Source: the human T2T-CHM13v2.0 reference genome, Homo sapiens. From it: a DNA stretch of 64,000 nt. Location: the NCBI RefSeq assembly GCF_009914755.1, contig NC_060928.1. One strand, written 5' to 3'. The position numbers and the translations under genes were made by a program. Under the pieces are notes generated by a model, which did no database searches, was not told where the DNA came from, and saw only the letters and a program-made list of their open reading frames with translations. Shown here one piece after another: positions 42,290 through 64,000 of the stretch (its first letter is position 1; every line of letters starts with the position of its first letter).

Positions 42290-43440
42290 TTATATTAGTT
42301 ACTACTGCTCTGCTAACACATCACCACAAGACTTAGTTGTGTGAAGCAGCAACCTGCAAAGACTCAAAGAGCAGGATCAAAGTGCCTAACCATGGCACAG
42401 GAAATGAGGTGCTCCTGGAACAGACTTAGCACAGGTGGACCAGCTTTGGGACCTGGTGGCCGGCAGAGCTGCAAGGGCCTGGAGAAGGCTGTTGATGAAG
42501 TCTGAGGGGATGAAATGGCAAAATGTCCAGCGACCCTGTGCTTGCGGTGTTAAGGGAAATAGAGAAACTAACGACCACACTGGTAGATCTGGCCCAGCAG
42601 ACCCCCAAGCAGAACGCTCAGAGCACCAGTGGTTTATTTTACCCACAGTAAGAACGGACAAAGAGAGGGGCGCTAAAAAAATCATAAAAAGAACTGGCCA
42701 GTTTTCAAGCAAAATTTAGAAAGAATATAAAAGAGCCAAGACTTAACGGGGTTTAAAAGTAAAACTGCTCCTCATCCCTAGTCTTTCCCAGGAGATTCTC
42801 AAAGTACTCAAAGAGCCATGGCTGAGAAACCAACACCTGAGGAATCTCAGCTGCAGCTGGACCCGACTGACATCCTGGATCTCAAGTTAGGGGCATCTGT
42901 GGAAAGAGCGAATGCATTCTTGCATATGGGAAGAATGTTAATAAATCTGTGGCCGGAAGTTGGACTGAAGAGATTTTAAGATATAAAATCTTTAAATTAA
43001 AGATTATTATAATTTACATTATTTGACACTCCTCCCATTAAGAAGTAGAGGTTTATGCCCTTTTGCGTTAAATCTGGGAGGGTTTATGACCATTTCAACC
43101 AATAGAGCATGAAAGAAATGATGCTATGTGACTTTTGAGGCTAGGTCATAAAAGGCAATGAGGTTTCTGCCTTGTTTCCTGGAACACACGTGCTTAGAAT
43201 CCTGAGCCACCATGTAAGAAGTCCAACTACCCTATGGCTGAGACGTGAGGAAGCCAGGCCACATGGAGAACCCCACATGGGCCCTTGGGTTCTGGCCTTC
43301 AGGCTGTACCAAGCCCAGGCACCTGATGTGAAAACACAGCACTGGGTTGACTGTAGTCCCGGCCACTGAGTCACCTCTACCTTTGGGTCTCTCTATTCCC
43401 TAAGTGTTGGGGTAATCTGTCATGCAGTAGTAGCTGATTA
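42290..43440 (+). mobile_element. MLT1 (G/H-like) MaLR LTR with adjoining internal-region remnant
   Basis: tttgacactcctcccatt...gaggctaggtcataaaaggcaatg...gagccaccatgtaagaagtccaactaccct are MLT1 LTR motifs; 42360-42945 resembles the MLT-int end. Confidence 0.7.
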
Positions 43441-43921
43441 GTTCATCACTTTTAAAAAAGCATTGTGTGACAAAATACCTGTGGCCAAGAGCATCCCACA
43501 AGCAGATGCTAGTTTTTGTTGTTATTTGGTTTAAATTGATTATCAATGCTTCCATGGTGATGTGGCTTCCCAAATGTTATTTTCCAGTTCTATTTTGCCT
43601 TTATCATACATTTCAAATCAATGAATTTTATCTTTTTAGTGTATTTGACCCATTTACTAATGTGAAACACCCTTCTCTATCTCTTTTAGTGATGTTCACA
43701 TCTTGAGTTCTATGTTGTATATTAATAGGATTGATAAGTTTTACTTTCTCCTTGTTAAAGGAGATATTGGCATGTATTTTTCTAGCCCTTATTTTCATTC
43801 TTCCTATACTATTTTAAATATCTTTTTAGGCTGAATGTTGTTTATTTTTTTCCCAATTCTGTTGGCATATACTGAGCACTCATATTTAGCATAACAGAAA
43901 CCCTATCAGACAGGGCTAGTG

Positions 43922-44300
43922 TTTTATTTTTTTATTGTGGCAAAATACACGGAACACAAAATTTACCACGTTAACCATTTTTAAGTATACAGTTCAGTGG
44001 TACCGAATACATTCATATTGTGTAACCATCACCACCACCCGTTTCCAAAACTCCTTCCATTGTGTAAAACAAATTCTGTATCCATTAAACTCTGACTCCC
44101 CATTGCTCCCTTCCCTTCGCCTCTGGAAGCTTTGTCTCTATAATTTCGACCACTCCAAGCATCTCATATAATCATACAGCACTTATTTGTCTTTTTGAGA
44201 TTGCCTTATTTCACTTAGCATAATGTCCTCACGGTTCACCCATGTAGCATTATGTCAGAATTTCCTTCATTTTTAAGCCTAAGTAATACTTCTGTATTTT
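43922..44300 (-). mobile_element. L1MB-type 3' end, reverse
   Basis: ttattgtggcaaaatacac...aaccatttttaagtatacagttcagtgg...tttcacttagcataatgtcctc. Confidence 0.85.
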
Positions 44301-44747
44301 TTTAAATATGCTCTGATAGTATCTTCTGGTAAGTTAAAACTACCCAACCACCCACTTGCATTCTTTGTACTTTTTTCCTGTAATCTTTAACTGAAGTTTT
44401 GTTACTGTTTTTTCTCATTCTTTTCTATTTTGGGAGATTGACTAAGTTAAAAACTTTTTTCTCTAAGATTTTCTCCAAAAGTTTGTAGCATTATGAATAG
44501 TCTAATCACCTATTCTAGTTCCATTCTCCTAAACCTCAGGACCCCTTAACACCCCCCCTAAAGACTGAGGACCCCAAAGAATGTGTATGTGGGTTACATC
44601 TACCAATAGTTACCATGCTAGAAATTGTTTTAAAGATATTAATTCCTCTAAAAATAATAAACCAATTATATGTGAACATAACATTTTTATTTTAAAAAGT
44701 CAGCGAGTGGCAGAGTTTGTTTTGCAAGTCGTTTAATGCCTGGCTTA

Positions 44748-46796
<2,049 letters not shown>

Positions 46797-47485
46797 TTAA
46801 ACCAATAAAATGTTGATGTGGTTGGCTATACAGGTATCCCTCATTATCTGAACTCTCACCTAATATGGCTGTTAACTTGCAAAATTTTTTACTTAGTATT
46901 CACTACCTTAAGCAGTAAACTGGTTTACCGAACCTCTGTACTGAAGTCCGTGAAAATGTTTAAACTGAAAGGATGCAGAGAGTATGCTGCATTCCTGCCT
47001 CAGCTGTGCTCTGATGGGCTCACATGTTGTCTTCACCATCATCCTCCCCATACTAAGTGGATTTATGTTCCAGGAAGTAGAAAAGGCAGTGAAGAAATTA
47101 GGTAAGCCAAAGCAGCCTAGAAAAGCTTATTTAGTGTAAGTTAGAAGTGATAAAGTGTATTGAGAGATGAATGCAGAAAAGGCACAAGCCTGGCTCTGCA
47201 TTCATATCCACCTACCATGACCACAGTTGCAGTTATATGGTGGAAAATAAAGAAAACATAGGAAAATAATTTTGGATCTGAAATGCTTCACTGTGTAAAT
47301 CGAGCATGAATGATAATTTTGAAAAATGATTGCAATACCTTATATAATAGACTGACAGTCCTAATTAGTGTTTAAAATGCTTTATTATTATGAAGAATCC
47401 TTGGTGGATTGTTATATTATGGACTCCAATAACAGATGTACCAACTGGCAAAATGCCATGTTTGTTCCTGCGCCTTAAAAAGCCC

Positions 47486-47505
47486 TGAGCGCCACCTACT
47501 GGCAA
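47486..47505 (-). promoter_or_regulatory. CTCF-like motif (minus strand TGCCAGTAGGTGGCGCTC)
   Basis: Matches the CCASYAGRKGGCGC core; lies in unique AT-rich intron sequence. Confidence 0.7.
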
Positions 47506-47779
47506 ATCTCTTCTATCAGGGGTTCTTTACTATGCAGTACTATGAATAAAGCTTCCCTTCTACATTTTAGCTCAGCATCTGTGTTAAATGCTTTTTAACA
47601 GTATTTCAATTTAATTATAATTGGGGAACTGTTCAGGAGTTTGGGGTAGGATTATTTTTCTTATTTAAAAGTTAAAAATATTTAGGTTCTCTATATCTAA
47701 TTAAGTTTCAGAAATGGGTTAGACAGGAAGAGTGAAGAATGCTTTATTTTCAATGGAACCAAATAGTTTACTCAGTGTC

Positions 47780-48410
47780 TTGATATTCAGACCATGGTCC
47801 CTAGATCTGCAGCACGGGTATCACCAGTAGGGGCTGATTAGAAATGCCGATTTAGCTCTTACCTTAGTTTTACTGAACCCAAATCTGCATTTTAACAGTA
47901 TCCCTGGGTTAACCGTATGCATACTGAAGTTTGAGAAGCTCTCTTGGACAAAGTTGGCTGCCCAATTACTGTATATCTATTTTCCTCCTACTTCACAGAT
48001 CCCTGACTTCCAGGGTGAGCCTGCTTGGCCCAGGATAATCCCATTTCCCCTACCAACGACTGGTTCGGGAATGGGAGCGTAACCAGTTCTGGGCAAGGAG
48101 ACCTATGTGGATGTTGACTGGGCCAAATTTCTTTAAGAAGTTTCCTCCATTCCAAGAGTCAGAGAAGAGACACTGTCTCTTCCTCTGGACACTGTTGTGT
48201 CTGAAGGTGAACACTGAAAACGGCTGCAGACATCTCCTAGCAGCCTAAGAACGAAGCCAACACCAGGGCTGGAGGAACACAGTGCTAGAAAGTAGGTCCC
48301 TGATGAAGTTTTGAGCCACTCAATCAACCCTGAAGTCTAGCGTGTCTTTGGGTGACCTGTTATATGAGAAATATTGTTTCATTCGGAATTCCCTTCTTGT
48401 ATTCAAAATC
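47780..48410. mobile_element. MER5-like fragment (~47780-47940) followed by an MLT1J/K-like LTR (~47960-48410)
   Basis: aaatctgcattttaacag...gtttgagaagc; aatcccatttcccc...tggttcgggaatggg...cctctggacactgttgtgtctg. Confidence 0.6.
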
Positions 48411-48833
48411 CTGGATAATCACTGATGACTCTGAACAAAAAGCCCAGAAATCAGACTATTTTCTATTAGATGGTTTTTAAAAACTTGACAATTCTAAGAG
48501 TTGAGTGTTTTCTTCCTGTAAGAAGCTTTTTATTGGCTGAAACAATACCTTCCTTTTGTATGCTCGTTTTTTAATCCTCTTTCCTAGGATACAGTGGGGT
48601 TTATAATTTGTGGGAACAAATAGTACTTACAAGATTTTAAAAAACGGAAGTGTCCCCTTAAAAATAAAAATTATGATTTAGTCAAACAAGCCCATATTTA
48701 AAAAATAAAGCCCACTAGACATATTGAACATTTTAATTTATCTTCTAGAACATTTCTCTTTTCAACCCATTTTTAACCTAATTTTATAAGAACAATACTT
48801 TTTAATGCCAAACAATAGGCTGCAACTTTTTAA

Positions 48834-48907
48834 CACGTTTCCCATTTGCCCCAAGAAATGAGTGCTGGCAGTGAGCTGTACTTTTTTTTTTCTGAACAGG
48901 AAATGGG
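48834..48907 (+). mobile_element. MER75A-like piggyBac MITE
   Basis: 74-bp element cacgtttcccatttgcccc...gagtgctggcagtgagctg...aacaggaaatggg, flanked by TTAA (48830-48833) and TTCA (48908-48911). Confidence 0.8.
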
Positions 48908-48949
48908 TTCAACACATACAAATCACAGTAAGAATTATGAACGAAGAGC

Positions 48950-50578
<1,629 letters not shown>

Positions 50579-51523
50579 GTTAGAGCACTTGAGGTTGGTG
50601 CTGGAAATCCAGAAGAGCAGGAGAGAGCTGCAGCCTGCTGTCTGTCAACCCAATAAATCATCCACCTAGCGAATCGTATGCTCTAGCTTAACTAATGAAC
50701 ACACAGACTGGAAAGTGGCCATAAGAATTATAAGAAAAAAGAATTACAAGAAAATTGTTACCCCAGATGGCTTGATTAAAAATTGGAGATTTTACCCAGG
50801 GGAGAATATTAATCAAATGTCTTAAAGATTATAATGCAGAAGGATGCACAGACTTATTCTATGTATTTCAGATGGCAAGTTTTAACAGGAATGGGCAACT
50901 GTTATAAAATGAAATTTCCATGAACATATGAAATATGTTTCCTAACCAGCACAGCTGTGCAACAGAAGCAGTTTCCTGACAGTCCCTTCAGTCTACAAAT
51001 ACTGTCTATTATGTGCCTGTATTTGGAAATTCCAACAAGAAATAAGATCCTGCCTTCATTCACTGCAATGGGACACACAAGCAAACTAACTAATTTCAGA
51101 GTCTAGTAAGTATCCCGATGGAGAGAAACAAGCTTTTGCGACACAGAGAGGCATGGGGAGTGTAAAGCTCCCAAAGATAGATGTCTAGAAAAAGGCTCTC
51201 CCTGGCAGAGACTTGAGAAACAGGTAGAAGCAGAGCCCTCTGCAAAGAAAAAGGGCCACAGCAATGCAAGTGCCTCACCAACGGGAAAAAACCCGGAGTG
51301 TCCTTACAACAGGAGCGGCAACAACAACAAAGTGTGACTGGAACTCAGTAATTCAACATCAGGTCGAAAAGGCCAGCAATATCCATACAACGTACAGCAA
51401 TGGTTGTCACCAATCTCAACAGCATACTAGACCAAATGCATCAGAATCCCTGTGTGCAGAGCCTAGGCATCAGTATTTGTTTTAAGAGTTCTCTAGGTGA
51501 TATTAATGCACTGCCTGGGATGA

Positions 51524-52931
<1,408 letters not shown>

Positions 52932-53788
52932 CCTACAAAAGTGGCAACATCAAGTGTGAACTGCTCCTAAATACACTGTCAATTTGACCATTTTCTACTA
53001 ACAAGGTGTTTATGCCCTTACATTGCTACCATATGCAATTTATCTAGTTAAAGACTAACATTTCAAACAGGAAGACAGAGAATTCTATTTACAATTTAAA
53101 AACTTTATCATCAACGGACCTAAAACCCACCCAGTATTATTAGTTCTATTAACTAATCCAAAGATAAACTTTGAAGTTGCTTTTATTTGAACTGGAAAAT
53201 TGTTACTTTCAAACTAAATATAAATAATAATAAACTGATAAGAAACAAAGCAAAAAGACTACTCTAATTCAAAAATACCTTATTATCTTAAAGCAACTTA
53301 ATGTTTTTCATCAATTTGGTAATTATTTTTAAGTAATGCTCTTTAGCCTTTAACTTAAAAGTCTGAAGAGTCCTCTTTAGTTTACTCTGAGTTCTCTCAT
53401 TTGCCAGCATTCTTGCCACTGTCCCTGATATGAGGACGCCACATCAGGTGTTAACCTGAGCACTGCTGCCTTTCTTAAAGAAGAAAGTGAAATATGTCCG
53501 TGTCTCTATCAAAAGTGGAAAAACATCTGGCTACCCTTCTCTCATTTATCTTATCCATCTGTTTCCTCTAGACATTCTGAGTTTTTAAGGCACTAAAATA
53601 AAATTTGTATTATACAAACACAAATTACTATACAAAATAATACAAACGATATTCTAGATATTTTTATGGTAAAATAGAGTATTTGGTAAAGTTACTAATA
53701 ATATCAATCATTCCCAACAATAAAAAATATCTACTAGATCAATGCAAATTCATAGCATTTAATATTTATGCCCAATATATAATATTTA

Positions 53789-54916
<1,128 letters not shown>

Positions 54917-55078
54917 CTAAAGAGTGATTTCCAAATACTTTCCATTTGTATACAATAATTAAATAATTTTCCCAAACTGACAAGTGTGTTTAATATATAA
55001 AAAGAAACATTATAAAAACAACAACAAAAAAGGTAACTCAGTGAAGTGATGATGGGGTTCTATGAGTAACAAGTTCTA

Positions 55079-55564
<486 letters not shown>

Positions 55565-56263
55565 TTAGAGTTTAGAGTAAGAAAGGATAGAGTTAAAAAA
55601 AAACTCATAGTCACTTCCCTTGAGAATAATAGTCAAAAAATAAAAGAAAGGAAAACAAGAAACATCTCATAGGACCAGCTAAACCATCCAAACACACAAT
55701 TCTAGTGGAAGTCATGCAGTGAGGATTGACTGACATTTCAGGACTTGCTGTCTTTGTCCCCTTTCTGCCCCTTTACTGCAGTTAGGAAGGAAGAAGCAGA
55801 GACAAGGAGATGATTCCTGTTAAGGTTCCCCATCCCTTCTTTAAGAGGAACAAAACTTCTAAGTCACACATACAGGCTGCACAGGTATGTCGAACTTCTG
55901 AATATGTAATCACAAACTGTGCCAAAACCACATATAGAAAATGAAAGGGGAAGAGTATATATGTCTCACTGTGTTAAAGGGGGTCTGATATATGAGAAAT
56001 TCACAGCATACAGCCAATGGCTCTAAAATGGAAAAACCAAGGTATATTATTCAGACACATGGAGTTAAGTATTACAAAAAATGGATTAAAATGTTCAAAG
56101 TAGTTGCCTTTATCAGGGGGCAGGGGCCACTGATTTTTGTTTTTTTCCCTAGAGACCACGTTTTTGTTATAGACCTTAAATTACTAGTTGACCTGTAAAT
56201 TTATGTATTACTATGATAAAAAATTGATTTAAAATATTTTAATACTCCATACAGTTAAATTAG

Positions 56264-56701
<438 letters not shown>

Positions 56702-57569
56702 TGAGCCACCGCGCCCCACCCAGAATTGACCTTCTAATACTATTCTCCACTAAAAAACCCCAGGACTCCTTCGCAGGCAGGGGACTGCATTTCTGGAGGC
56801 AAAGAGCCTGGATCAGCTTATTGTTGCCAGAAAGCACAATATTCACAAATATGCCTGGGGTGGCAGGAATGAAACAGAGGATCAGTTTAAAGGGGCTTCC
56901 ACTGTCCAAGTTGGACAATTCAGCATTGAAAAAGAAAAAAGACAAACATACATAAAAATGAAAAAATAATTTCTATGAGAAGCCATGAGTACACGTTGAT
57001 AGTCAAAAGTGACAATAAAATAATTTCCAATAATAAAACAGCAAAAGGCCAGGCACGGTGGCTCATGCTGTAATCCCAGCACTTCGGGAGGCAAAGGCGG
57101 GTGGATCACAAGGTCAGGAGTTCGAGACTACTCTGGCCAATATAGTGAAACCCCATCTCTACTAGAAATACAAAAAATTAGCCAGGTGTGGTAGTGTGCG
57201 CCTGTAATCCCAGCTACTCAGGAGGCTGAGGCAGGAGAATGGCGTGAACCCAGGAGGTGGAGGCTGCAGTGCGCCGCGATCACGCCATTGTACCACTCCA
57301 GCCCAGACGACAATATGAGACTGTGTCTTAAAAACAAAACAAAAATAGCAAAAAATGCAATTATGTGCTCACTATATTCATATTATAATTAATTCTATTT
57401 TACATCAAATCAGGGAGTAAAAGATTATGTAATCTGTATCCTAAACCAGCCACAACACTCTGCAGCCTTTAGGCAGGAGAATTGCTGAAACCCAGGAGAC
57501 AGAGGCTGCAGTGAGCTGAGATCGCACCACTGCACTCCAGCCTGGGTGACAGAGAGAGACTCCATCTGA

Positions 57570-57608
<39 letters not shown>

Positions 57609-57687
57609 GGGAATTCTAACATTACTTGGAACATGGAAAAGCTTCTGTAGATAAATATTACGATTCTGTTAACATCATCACTTAGAT

Positions 57688-58228
<541 letters not shown>

Positions 58229-59611
58229 TTAAATTTTTTAAAGAAACAGGTCCTCACTCCATCGCCCAGGCTGGAGTACAGTGACAGGATTCTAGCTCAC
58301 TGCAGCCTCCAACTCCTGGGCTCAAGTGATCCTCCCACCTCAGCCTCCAGAGCAGCTGGGACTACAGGTGCATACCACTGTGCCCAGCTTGTAGACCCTT
58401 GATTTAGATGATGTATGAACATGAAAAATACAGAATACAAAACTTTTCTATACTGAATTAATAATACAATTTACAGTTAAAGCAAAACTAGGGGAGAGGA
58501 GGCCATAAGTTAAGAATTGACCTTTAAAAGAAAAATGACATACAACCCCATTATAGTTCCATTACTGTTACCATAATAGTGTTTGTGTAATAAATTAGGC
58601 ACATAAGTGATGAGTGGGAGTCTGCTCAGTGGTTGAAACGAATCAATGGAGTCAGACACACCCAGACTCAAAATATGATTCTGCTACTTCCCAGTTGTGC
58701 GATCCTGGGCATGTACACAGGATGTTCACGACAGCACAGCATCTACTACTGTTTGCAGTAGCAATGCATGAGGAACAACTTTACTGTCTATTAAGAGGAA
58801 AATGAATAAATAAAATGTCGTGTAAGCACATATCTGCCAAAAAGGATACACTGAGATCTACAAAAATAACACTGAATAAAAAAGCAGAATTTAAAAAGCA
58901 ACGAGGCTGGCACCATGGCTCATGACTGTAATCTCAGCAGTTAGGGAGGCCAAGGTGGGAGGACTGCTTGAGCCCAGGAGTTCCAGACCACATAATGAGA
59001 CCCCGTTGCTACAAAAAATTAAAAAATAAAAATTAGCTGGGCATAGTGGTGTGCCTGGAGTCCCAGCTACTGAGGAGGCTGAGGTAGAAGGATCACCTGT
59101 GCACAAGAGGTTGATAATGCAATGAGTCATCATCACACCACTGCACTCCAGCCTGGGCTACAGGGCAAGACCTTGTCTCAAAATAAACAAATAAATAAGC
59201 AAGCAATGATACAATTACATAAAACTTAAAACATATACAAAACAATGCTATATTCTTCATGAGCACAAACATACAAGCCAAGTTATAGAACATGGATTGG
59301 AAGGATACACATTAAACATGAGTATAACCCATGAGGGGAGGGGAGAGGAGTAGTGTGCTCAGGGGAAGGAGAAATATAAAAACTCGGATAGAGGCCTGCG
59401 ATCTTGAGTCATCACAAACGTAAAGACTATGGCTGATCATAATCTAATTTTGCCCACTTGAATGTAAAAGGAAAAACAAACTAAAATAGCCACTGAATGG
59501 TGAATAGGTCTTATAACACTGTCATTAAACTCCCAAAAATGTCACCTTTTTTTGTGAGATAATTCACCTTTGAAAACAAAATGTCAAGGAGTGGAATAAA
59601 AAGAACTGTGG

Positions 59612-59647
59612 ATACCCCACAGTGTAATGGTGAGCACTCTGGACTCT
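59612..59647 (+). pseudogene. Tailless retropseudogene: 5' half of tRNA-Gln(CTG)
   Basis: CCCCA-CA-GTGTAATGGTGAGCACTCTGGACTCT matches the recalled tRNA-Gln 5' half up to the anticodon; flanked by perfect 15-bp direct repeats TAAAAAGAACTGTGG (59597-59611 and 59647-59661). Confidence 0.8.
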
Positions 59648-61469
59648 AAAAAGAACTGTGGTTGTTGTTTTTTCCTTTCTTACTTTGTTGTGTGGTTAAG
59701 AATACCTTTGCAATTAAAAATTTTAAATTGTTTCTTCAAATTTCAAAAGTAAACGGTTTAATAGCATAGCCCAGAGCAATATTTTATAAACTACAGGTCA
59801 CAATCCAGTTTAAAATCAATTCAGTAGCTCATGTCCATCATTAAACTGACGAAGTAGAACACAGTGTAATAATCAAGAGTGCATTATAGGCCAGGTGCAG
59901 TGGCTCACGCCTGTAATCCCAGCACTTTGGGAGGCCGAGGTGGGCAGATCACTTGAGGTAGGAGTTCAAGACCAGCCTGGCCAACATGATGAAACCCTGT
60001 CTCTACCAAAAATATAAAAAATTAGCTGGGTGTGGTGGCGCGTGCCTATAATCCCAGCTACTCGGGAGGCTGAGGCAGGAGAATCACTTGAACCTGGCAG
60101 GCGGAGGTTGCAGTGAGCTGAGAACATGCTTCCAGCCTGGGGGACAGAAGGATAGTCCGTCTCAAAAAAAAGAGTGCATTACATATTATAAGAGTAAGTT
60201 TCATGAAACCATCATTTCTATTACTTAAATGCATTGAGTGTACTAGGCCTTGATGTAAAACCAGCTTCACATTCCTGAGAGTCTCAGGCAAGGGTTGGAA
60301 ATGCCACTGATCTATGGAGATAAAAAGCTTTCATCAAAAGGTAATGTACTATGATACATAAAGATGGAATGAAAGGTTAAACTTTGGGTGGTATTAGACA
60401 GTGTCAAGTGTCATAGGTAATATGACAGAGTCTAGGAAAACTCTGCTAATAGATTAAGGCCTCACTACAATAAATCAGGAACCAGAGTTGAAGAAATGTA
60501 GTTTAAGGCCAAGCGCAGTGGGTTGCGCCTGTAATCCCAGCATTTTGGGAAGCTGAGGTGAATGGATTATTTGAGGTCAGGAGTTCAAAACCAGCCTGGC
60601 TAACGTGGTGAAACCTTATCTTTACAAAAATACAAAGATTAGCTGGGTGTGGTGGCAGGCACCTGTAATCCCAGCTACTCAAGAAGCTGAGGCAGGAGAA
60701 TCGCTTGAATCCAGGAGGCAGAGGTTGCAGTGAGCTGATATTTTGCCACTGCACTCCATCCTGGGCAATAGAGCGAGACTCCCTCTTAATTAAAAAAAAA
60801 AAAAAAAAAAAAAGACATGTAGCTTAAATTACAAATATAAAAAATAAACATTTTCTTGAAATTTGAAGAAACTGAAATCAGAAAATTATTTAGCTATAAG
60901 AGATGGATGATTACACTGAAGAAATGAAGAGATCTTAAACATAACAAAAGAGCAATTTTACTAACTCACAATCAAGTAATAAGTTTCTATTAATTCTTGG
61001 CCCAGAATTAATATTACACATATGTATATAAACTTATTAACAGCCACGTGACTATTACACTGAATGTCTCTGCTGGATTTTACTGGCGAATATATTAAAA
61101 GAAAAGTTGTTTTTGAATTTTTTTTTTTTTTTTGAGACAGAGTCTCTCTGAGTCTCCCAGGCTGGAGCGCAGTGGCGCGTGATCTCGGCTCACCGCAACC
61201 TCAGACTCCCTGCTTCAAGGGATTCTCCTGCCTCAGCCTCCCGAGTAGCTGGAATTACAGGCACGTGCCACCACACCCGGCTAATTTTTGTATTTTTAGT
61301 AGAGATGGGGTTTCACCGTGTTAGCCAGGATGGTCTTGATCTCCTGACCTCGGGATCCGCCCGCCTTGGCCTCCCAAAGTGCTGGGATTACAGGTGTGAG
61401 CCACCGCGAAAAGTTTAAATTTTCCTAGTCCACTTAACATCCAAATTATTCCAACTCCCATCCCTTAGA

Positions 61470-63960
<2,491 letters not shown>

Positions 63961-64000
63961 GTATTTTAGAAGGCCAAGGCAGGAGGACCAGTTGAGCCCA

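Noticed and set aside
59612-59647. Possible functional tRNA gene
   Set aside because: Only the 5' half is present: no B-box, T-arm or 3' acceptor strand, and the A-box is altered; reported as a pseudogene

Overview
Human (or very close great-ape) genomic DNA from the SLC25A4-CFAP97 locus, not prokaryotic sequence. The + strand carries the complete 4-exon SLC25A4 (ANT1, mitochondrial ADP/ATP carrier): CDS 7058-7168, 8438-8924, 9433-9573, 10488-10645 = 897 nt, 298 aa. It has a CpG-island promoter and proximal and distal poly(A) signals. Convergent on the - strand are the four coding exons of CFAP97 (KIAA1430): 54874-53821, 39730-39465, 27859-27709, 26605-26478 = 1599 nt, 532 aa. I found no upstream CFAP97 exon or promoter, so they probably lie beyond the window. 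The rest is mostly fossil repeats: about 55 Alu copies or fragments, L1s, MaLR LTRs, and Tigger, Charlie, MER and piggyBac-type DNA elements. I found no multi-gene novel system, CRISPR array or intact mobile element. The best unexplained signals are: (1) a 5' half of tRNA-Gln(CTG) flanked by a 15-bp target-site duplication in the CFAP97 intron at 59597-59661; (2) a 27-bp near-perfect hairpin with one A:C mismatch in the last CFAP97 intron; (3) a direct/inverted/direct triplet just after the ANT1 stop codon that allows two mutually exclusive hairpins; (4) a 42-bp templated-insertion scar near 35.9 kb; (5) a strong CTCF motif and a perfect DR1 element; (6) several predicted alternative splice or circRNA products. 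Repeat family names come from recalled consensus sequences, repeat boundaries are approximate, and all functional roles are untested inference.
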